Source: Octopus sinensis (Eukaryota). From it: a stretch of DNA of 5,032 bases. Positions 1 through 5,032 of the stretch are shown piece after piece. Below the pieces are notes generated by a model. It did not search any database. It saw only the letters and a program-made list of their open reading frames with translations, and was not told the DNA's origin. Positions within the stretch are counted from its first letter, which is position 1. The number at the start of each line of letters is the position of its first letter. Made by a program: the position numbers and the translations under genes. Where the stretch lies: assembly GCF_006345805.1 (NCBI RefSeq), contig NW_021830270.1, forward strand, positions 1-5,032, written 5' to 3'.

Positions 1-62
1 TAATTCAACGCGCCAAGAATGTAAGCGAGCAGGACAAATGAAAACTAACGAAAAATAGATTA

Positions 63-138
63 ACTCTATACAATGTTTCAACCGTTAATAGATTGTGTGA
101 TTTTACTTACATAATCATTTTCGGATCGTCTGTAGAGT
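63..138 (-). ncRNA. Mirror copy of HHR1 in the left IR arm (more degenerate)
   Basis: Reverse complement of the same motif. The stem III palindrome has lost one base (ACAUUGU), there is one more U before GAAA, and one stem II pair is broken. Confidence 0.4.
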
Positions 139-395
139 ATATCAAAAAAATATAATTTGCTGAATCAAACGCTAACATCCACACGAAGCCGAATAGAGGC
201 GAATGGCACAGCCGATTATATCTGCAGTTACGTTCAAATATCCTCGTTCTCGCGCGTTGAAAAAACCGGATGTAAATACTACCCCAGTAATTTACTGCCG
301 GTTTGAGAACATATTAATTGATAATTAAAATCACAATAAAGTTGAAAAAAATTGGATGTTGGCGTTTGATTCAGCAAATTATATTTTTTTGATAT

Positions 396-471
396 ACTCT
401 ACAGACGATCCGAAAATGATTATGTAAGTAAAATTACACAATCTATTAACGGTGAAACAATTGTATAGAGT
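396..471 (+). ncRNA. Type I hammerhead-ribozyme-like motif with U4A core (HHR1)
   Basis: Stem I ACUCUA(396-401)/UAGAGU(466-471). Core CAGACGA (402-408). Stem II closed by CCG(410-412)/CGG(450-452), with internal helices GAUU/AAUC and UGUAA/UUACA. GAAA at 454-457. Palindromic stem III ACAAUUGU. Predicted GUA cleavage triplet at 463-465. Non-canonical points: U4A and an extra U before GAAA. Confidence 0.55.
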
Positions 472-626
472 TAATCTATTTTTTCGTTATTTTTCATTTG
501 TCCTGCTCTCTTACATTCTTGGCGCGTTGAATTAATTCTTGAGAACATTTCTTTAGTGGTGGATTCCCTTCGTGGATGTATATCTAGCGTTAGAGTGACC
601 ACATGTGGACTCTCTCTCATTACTTG

Positions 627-706
<80 letters not shown>

Positions 707-708
707 TA
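627..708. repeat. (TA)n microsatellite with two phase interruptions
   Basis: Directly visible alternating TA run. Confidence 0.98.
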
Positions 709-1005
709 ACGGAAGGTTTACGAAAATAAACAAAAGACGAAGGCAGGTGGAGAACAACAAACAAATGTATTAGTATAGCGCTCAGGAATAGAAATAGAAA
801 AAGTCTTTTACGTTTCGAGCCTACGCTCTTCGACAGAAAGATACACAGAAAAAAACAAAGAGAGAAAGAAATGCGTGTAGGAGCTAACGATCTATCATGG
901 CATCCTGACTTCGGACAGTGGTCAGACGCTAGAGGGACAGTAGGGGAGATAACAGGGTCAAGTGACTTCCAAAACCAAGGTGCCCCCAACACAAAGGCGC
1001 GTCTG
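709..1005 (-). mobile_element. Probable Penelope-like retroelement terminal (pseudo-LTR) fragment
   Basis: Non-simple sequence bounded by simple repeats and containing a minimal PLE-type hammerhead at 804-841 (-). It resembles an octopus interspersed repeat from recollection (not verified). No RT or GIY-YIG coding sequence is recognisable, and the boundaries are approximate. Confidence 0.6.
804..841 (-). ncRNA. Minimal type I hammerhead-ribozyme-like motif with A6U core (HHR2)
   Basis: Minus strand reads UCUUU-CUGUCGA-A-GAGC-GUAG-GCUC-GAAA-CG-UA-AAAGA. It has a perfect 5-bp stem I, a 4-bp stem II with tetraloop, a palindromic ACGU stem III (dimer type), and a GUA cleavage site between 809 and 808. 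Confidence 0.75.
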
Positions 1006-1008
1006 TGT

Positions 1009-1315
1009 ATAAGAGAGTATGTATGTGTGTGTGAAAGGGGGCTAGTGGTCTGGACGTGTGCGTATGTATGTGTGGGTGTGGAGATGTGGGGATGGGTGTG
1101 CGGGTGGTGTGTTGTGGGTGGTGTGTTGTGATATGATGTGTAATGTTGTATGGTGTAGTGTGATGTTGTGGAGAGGTGGGGGGCAGAATGGGGAAACCAC
1201 AGATGGGGTGTGGGTTTGGCTTGGGGTTGGGGTAGAGTGGGGGTTGTGGGTAGGTAGAAGGTGGGGCTAAGGTGAGGTATGTGGGGGAGGGGTATGGGAT
1301 ATGAGTGAGGTATGT
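1009..1315. repeat. Degenerate GT/GGT-rich low-complexity tract, G-rich on + strand
   Basis: Mixed (GT)n, GTAT, TGTG and GGG runs; very few C on the + strand. Confidence 0.9.
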
Positions 1316-1487
1316 GGGAGGAGGAGGGAGGGGGAGAGGGGGAGGAGGAGGGAGAGGGAGAGGGGAGAGAAGGGGAGAGAGGGAGCAGAGAGAAAGAGAG
1401 AAGGGGATGAGGGAAGAAGAGAGAAGAAGAGGGAGAAGAGGGAAGAAGGGGGAAGGAGGGAAAGAAGGGAAGAGGAGGGAAAGAGAG
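1316..1487 (+). repeat. Polypurine (GA/GGA) tract
   Basis: 172 nt with only two pyrimidines (C1386, T1408). Confidence 0.95.
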
Positions 1488-1557
1488 TAGGGGTGAAAAG
1501 ATGTAGGACTGAAGAGAAGTAGATATATATATATTTTTTCTTTTCGTAACATATTTC

Positions 1558-1560
<3 letters not shown>

Positions 1561-1620
<60 letters not shown>
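1561..1620. repeat. (TA)n microsatellite
   Basis: Directly visible. Confidence 0.98.
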
Positions 1621-1715
1621 GATTCCTGTAGTTATTATCAGTGAATTTTGGCGATTCAAATAGGAGTTTTGACTGCTATTTCCTGCAGGTAGACATATTT
1701 AGTAATTCCTTTGAT

Positions 1716-1776
1716 TATATATATATATGTGTGTATGTGTGTGTGTGAGTGTGTGTGTATGTGTGTGTGTATGTGT

Positions 1777-1818
<42 letters not shown>
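1716..1818. repeat. Compound (TA)n-(TG)n/(TGTGTA)n microsatellite, probably the internal SSR of the adjacent SINE
   Basis: Directly visible. It abuts the SINE-like 3' body. Confidence 0.95.
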
Positions 1819-1820
<2 letters not shown>

Positions 1821-2024
1821 ATATCTGTTTGTCCCAATCCCACCACACCATCGCTTGACAACCGATGCTGGTATGTTTATGTCTCCGTGGTTCGGCCAAA
1901 GCGACCGGTAGAGTAAGTACTGTGCTTACTAGGAATAATTTGTGAGGTCAATTTCTTCGACTAAAACCTTTTGGGGTGATGTTCCAGCATGGTCGCAACC
2001 AAATGCCTGAAACAAGTAAAAGAA
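1716..2024 (+). mobile_element. 5'-truncated SINE (3' body and LINE-related tail), octopus tRNA-derived SINE-like
   Basis: Motifs catcgcttgacaaccgatgctggt, agtaagtact and ccagcatggtcgcaaccaaatgcctgaaacaagtaaaaga match my recollection of the 3' half of an abundant octopus SINE with an internal (TA)(TG) SSR. A 3' stem-loop lies at 1985-2009, followed by an A-rich tail. No tRNA-like head is seen upstream. The family name needs a Dfam/Repbase check. Confidence 0.7.
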
Positions 2025-2041
2025 TTAACTAATAAAAGAAT

Positions 2042-2120
2042 ATGCGTGCGCGCGTGCAGGTGCGTGCGGGCGTTCGAATGTTTGCGCGTGCGCGTGCAGG
2101 TGCGCGTGATTGTGTGTGTA
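2042..2120. repeat. GC-rich alternating purine-pyrimidine tract with a 15-bp direct repeat
   Basis: (GCGT)/(GC) runs; gcgcgtgcaggtgcg occurs at 2050-2064 and 2090-2104. Confidence 0.85.
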
Positions 2121-2336
2121 GCATCTATAAGCATCCGTGAAGGCAAATGTATTTATTGTTCCATTGATTCCATGGAAGGAAAACCATTTGACAAATCACA
2201 ACTTGAAATTTCTCCTCTCTCTTATGATATCGCATTCCATCTCTTTCCTCTTCTAATTGGCACCGATAATTACATATGTTTTACGAGCTCAGAAATTTAT
2301 TACCATCTAATAAATTTATTTATGTGGAATCAATAT

Positions 2337-2381
2337 TCTCTCTCCCACCCACCCCCTATCTCCCTGTCTCTGTCTCTCTGT

Positions 2382-2417
<36 letters not shown>

Positions 2418-2483
2418 TGCATGCATGTGTGTGAATATGTATATATATGTGTGTTTGTGTGTGTGCGTACGTGTGCGTGTGTA
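2337..2483. repeat. Compound microsatellite (CT)-rich + (TA)n + (CA)/(TG)n
   Basis: Directly visible. Confidence 0.92.
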
Positions 2484-2870
2484 TTCTGATTTAGAGAAAC
2501 TCGTTTCGTTTTCATTGGAGAGGCAATAGGTTGTGAGCGCCGTTTCAGATTCGATGTCAGCCGTCAGCGGATATACTCTATTTCCCGTTACAATCACACT
2601 TAAATATTTCACACCCTGTTAGGTTAGCACCATAGAGAGACGGGTATTTTCTTGCCGTCAGATAATGTTTTAATATTTCACGACCAACACGGTATTTTTC
2701 GGGAATCGAACTATCGGCTTACATTGGCGATCCATCGACTATAAATCGAAGTTTTAGATGAAGCCAGCATTAAATACGTTAACTGGACAAACCTGATACA
2801 CTTGGGATGGGTTTTTATCATTGACGGTTTCTCTGCGAATTTATCGAACACAGAAACGGTGTAGAATCCA

Positions 2871-2957
2871 GTATGTATGTATGTTAATATATATAAATAT
2901 TTGTATGCATATGTATGTAAATGTGAATGTGTATGTGTGTGTACACACACACATATA

Positions 2958-3016
<59 letters not shown>
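2871..3016. repeat. Compound (TATG)/(TG)/(CA)/(TA)n microsatellite
   Basis: Directly visible. Confidence 0.95.
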
Positions 3017-3018
<2 letters not shown>

Positions 3019-3150
3019 GTAAATGTAAAAAAATACAAACTGGGACAAGAACGTGAAACATTTAGAAGACAATACAAAAGATACGTACGGGACATTCGAA
3101 GCCTTCAATCTTCAGGCAAGAACCGGATCATTTTCGCAATTTCGGCAAAA

Positions 3151-3215
3151 CATATGCATATATACATTCATGTATGTACATGCCTACATCTATATGTATA
3201 TATACATGCATATAT
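3151..3215. repeat. Degenerate (TA/CA/TG) microsatellite
   Basis: Directly visible low-complexity alternating tract. Confidence 0.8.
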
Positions 3216-3224
3216 TGGTACAGG

Positions 3225-3545
3225 ACACCAAAAAAACGTTGAACACAATGAGAAACGAAAACATAAACACAAAACCAAGGAAACGGACTTTTTTTTTCAA
3301 ACAACGAAAAAACAGAGTACAAGACATACAACACAAGGAATATTCCCCTTCTTCAGTTGCCCCTGTTTCGGCTACTCCGCGTTTCGATTCCTTCCCGATG
3401 CTTCAAGCTTCTTTCATCGCGCACATCTCCCTCAAGAGCCTCAGGCCATGGAAATAGACTTGACCACTACGGAGGAACTGATGATAAGCAACTCCCTTCC
3501 AATAAAGAAAATAGACCCAGCATCTGCTTCACAGCGACATGTTTA
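3225..3545. mobile_element. Possible unclassified interspersed-repeat fragment
   Basis: Complex sequence next to an SSR. Part of it (caaacaacgaaaaaacagagtacaagacatacaacacaaggaatattcccc) resembles an octopus repeat from memory only. Class and boundaries are not established. Confidence 0.3.
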
Positions 3546-4154
3546 GTTTTATATTTTTAGTCCCCTCATGATCATATATACCCACACCACACCTCAAACA
3601 TCTGTCTTTTTGTTATGACGTCGTAATCATACACCCCCATCCCGTCCCATGTTAGGACATTTATCAGAAAGTTTTTACCATCGAATTATCAAACGCCTCC
3701 TCACTGACTATCGGGGGTTCACTTTTCTTTCCCACCATAACACGACAATCCTGTTACAAAATTCTTATAAGTCTTCGGAAAAGTCACTAAAAATCAGGCA
3801 ATGGTTATTCCCAGGTCACAACACACATCCATTCACCATTCTGATTATCGTCCGTTGTCGTGGAAGTTTACGAAACGTTTGGAAATATGTTGTAACCAAT
3901 TTACAAACTTTTGAACTATTTATAAAATTACAAACGTCTCAAACAATTCTTCCCATAGAACTGTCCAATGTTTCCGTAAAAGAGTCTCTCAATTTGCCAC
4001 ACAATTTAAAAAAACTGACTTATCTTCCAAACTTTTACTTGGTTTAATATACAATATGGCGCCAATTGCACTGAACAGAGACGAACTGGAACGGTGGACG
4101 TGGTTAATATTAGAAGAGAGATCAATTTCAGACATAAACAACGCTGACCTGTAA

Positions 4155-4255
4155 TATATACATACACACACTACATACATACATACATACATACAACATA
4201 CATACATACATACATACATGCATACACACACATATACTCGTAGTTATATATATAT

Positions 4256-4288
<33 letters not shown>

Positions 4289-4345
4289 CTATATATACAT
4301 ACATACATACATATATATATATATACATACATACATATATATATA
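4155..4345. repeat. Compound (CATA)n/(TA)n microsatellite
   Basis: Directly visible. Confidence 0.96.
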
Positions 4346-4396
4346 TCGTTTAATATTTGTTGTGCAAGATTTTTTATGTGAAGTCGTTGTTGAAAC

Positions 4397-4793
4397 ATAT
4401 ATTGTTATATTTTGGAATGGTTATTTTGCCAGGTTAGCCATAAAAACACACGCACTATATATATATGGTGTTATTTTGCTTCATTGTTATTTATTTTTTA
4501 CATTAATCTTAATCTTATTTCGTGTCCCAAAGTTCTTTCGTCACACTCCTGTGACCGCATCAGTGGTCCTTTGTTTTCTTCTTTCTTATTTGTGTCTCTC
4601 CTTACTAACCGTCAGCCATTTTGTATTTCTATTCTGCGGTCACAGGAGTGTGACGAAAGAACTCTGGCCGAAATAAGATTAAGATTAATGTAAAAAATAA
4701 ATAACAATGAAGCAAAATAACACCATATATATAGTGCGTGTGTTTTTATTGGCTAAACTGGCAAAATGACCATTCCGAAATATAACAATATAT
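4397..4793. repeat. Long inverted repeat IR2 (arms 4397-4559 and 4635-4793, 75-nt spacer); probable 5'-truncated PLE with inverted terminus, or a foldback/MITE
   Basis: The arms differ by 3 substitutions, a 1-nt and a 2-nt indel, and one divergent patch (tgtcccaa at 4523-4530 vs ctggc at 4664-4668). They include identical blocks of 56 and 29 nt. The outer ends lie in TA-rich sequence. Confidence 0.95.
4527..4566 (-). ncRNA. Minimal type I hammerhead-ribozyme-like motif with A9C core (HHR3)
   Basis: Minus strand reads CCA-CUGAUGC-G-GUCACA-GGAG-UGUGAC-GAAA-GAAC-UU-UGG. It has a perfect 6-bp stem II, GAAA in register, a 3-bp stem I and a minimal stem III. The right-arm copy (+, 4635-4669) lacks CUGA but has the better CUC triplet. 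Confidence 0.6.
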
Positions 4794-4810
4794 ATATATA
4801 TATACACACA
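4789..4810. repeat. Short (TA)n-(CA)n microsatellite at the IR2 outer end
   Basis: Directly visible. Confidence 0.9.
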
Positions 4811-5032
4811 TGTGCTGTTGGTGAATTTTTTTCCATCTTTGGACGTTGCCGTTTTATTTTCTCACGAGGTGCTAATGTTCGTTTCTTCGATTTCACTATT
4901 TACCGCACCCTCACACGAACCCTCTGCACCTTCCAACTGATTTGGAGAACCTGATTCGTAGAAATTCCTTACTCTACCTTTGGAATATGTTAGCTTTAAA
5001 TTCCTTCAGACTGCGTCGCTTCTGCATCATTG

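Larger units (their letters stand above)
1..534. repeat. Long inverted repeat IR1 (arms 1-181 and 353-534, 171-nt spacer); left arm truncated by the window edge; probable inverted PLE pseudo-LTR pair
   Basis: Manual alignment of 1-181 against the reverse complement of 353-534 gives 4 substitutions and 3 single-base indels (~96% identity). Example: taattcaacgcgccaagaatgtaag at 1-25 vs cttacattcttggcgcgttgaatta at 510-534. The IR is directly visible; the PLE assignment is inferred from the hammerhead-like fold in the arms. Confidence 0.95.

Noticed and set aside
2293-2317. Perfect 10-bp hairpin AAATTTATTA-CCATC-TAATAAATTT
   Set aside because: An A/T-only stem in AT-rich DNA with no supporting context; bacterial-type terminator logic does not apply.
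3095-3120. CUGAAGA on the minus strand (3115-3109) followed by a small hairpin
   Set aside because: It is followed by GAAU rather than GAAA and has no stem I pairing.
3330-3450. Minus-strand CUGAAGA, UUGAAGC...GAAACG and CUGAGGC...GAAA hammerhead-like fragments
   Set aside because: None gives consistent stems I, II and III in register.
3478-3512. Exact CUGAUGA at 3478-3484 followed by GAAA
   Set aside because: No stem II or stem I can be formed, so it is not a hammerhead.
3836-3893. CCAUU-CUGAUUA...AC-GAAACGUU-UGG, a possible decayed hammerhead
   Set aside because: G8 is missing, stem II is only ~2 bp and stem I is out of register. Too degenerate to call.
3649-4047. 132-aa ORF in complex sequence
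   Set aside because: No recognisable motif or family. It may be chance, and it cannot be supported without BLAST or expression data.
4056-4154. 32-aa ORF MAPIALNRDELERWTWLILEERSISDINNADL with an AATATGGCG (YY1/Kozak-like) start context
   Set aside because: Too short, no homology recognised, and a single short motif is expected by chance.
471-4954. All long ORFs in the six-frame track (e.g. 929..1552, 2821..3546, 471..992, 4218..4676)
   Set aside because: They are kept open by stop-free microsatellites (YI, VC, HT repeats; poly-Pro/Leu or Arg/Glu runs) or cross repeat boundaries, and no recognisable domain is present.
1-5032. CRISPR array, tRNA/rRNA genes or prokaryotic operon structure
   Set aside because: No regularly spaced repeat-spacer units, no cloverleaf and no gene-dense organisation; the composition is that of repeat-rich animal DNA.

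Overview
AT-rich, microsatellite-dense eukaryotic non-coding DNA with no credible protein-coding gene; the long ORFs in the track are artefacts of simple repeats. The SINE-like tail at ~1820-2024 and the element at ~709-1005 resemble octopus interspersed repeats as I recall them (unverified), so a cephalopod source is my best guess. Two long near-perfect inverted repeats are present: 1-181 vs 353-534 (running off the window edge) and 4397-4559 vs 4635-4793. Three unrelated type I hammerhead-ribozyme-like folds were found by hand: 396-471 (+) with a mirror copy at 63-138 (-), 804-841 (-), and 4527-4566 (-). All have the short stem I and minimal or palindromic stem III typical of Penelope-like element (PLE) pseudo-LTRs. 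Each has a different single change in the CUGANGA core (U4A, A6U, A9C). The simplest reading is a cluster of truncated or inverted PLE termini next to (TA)n tracts, plus a 5'-truncated SINE and many simple repeats.
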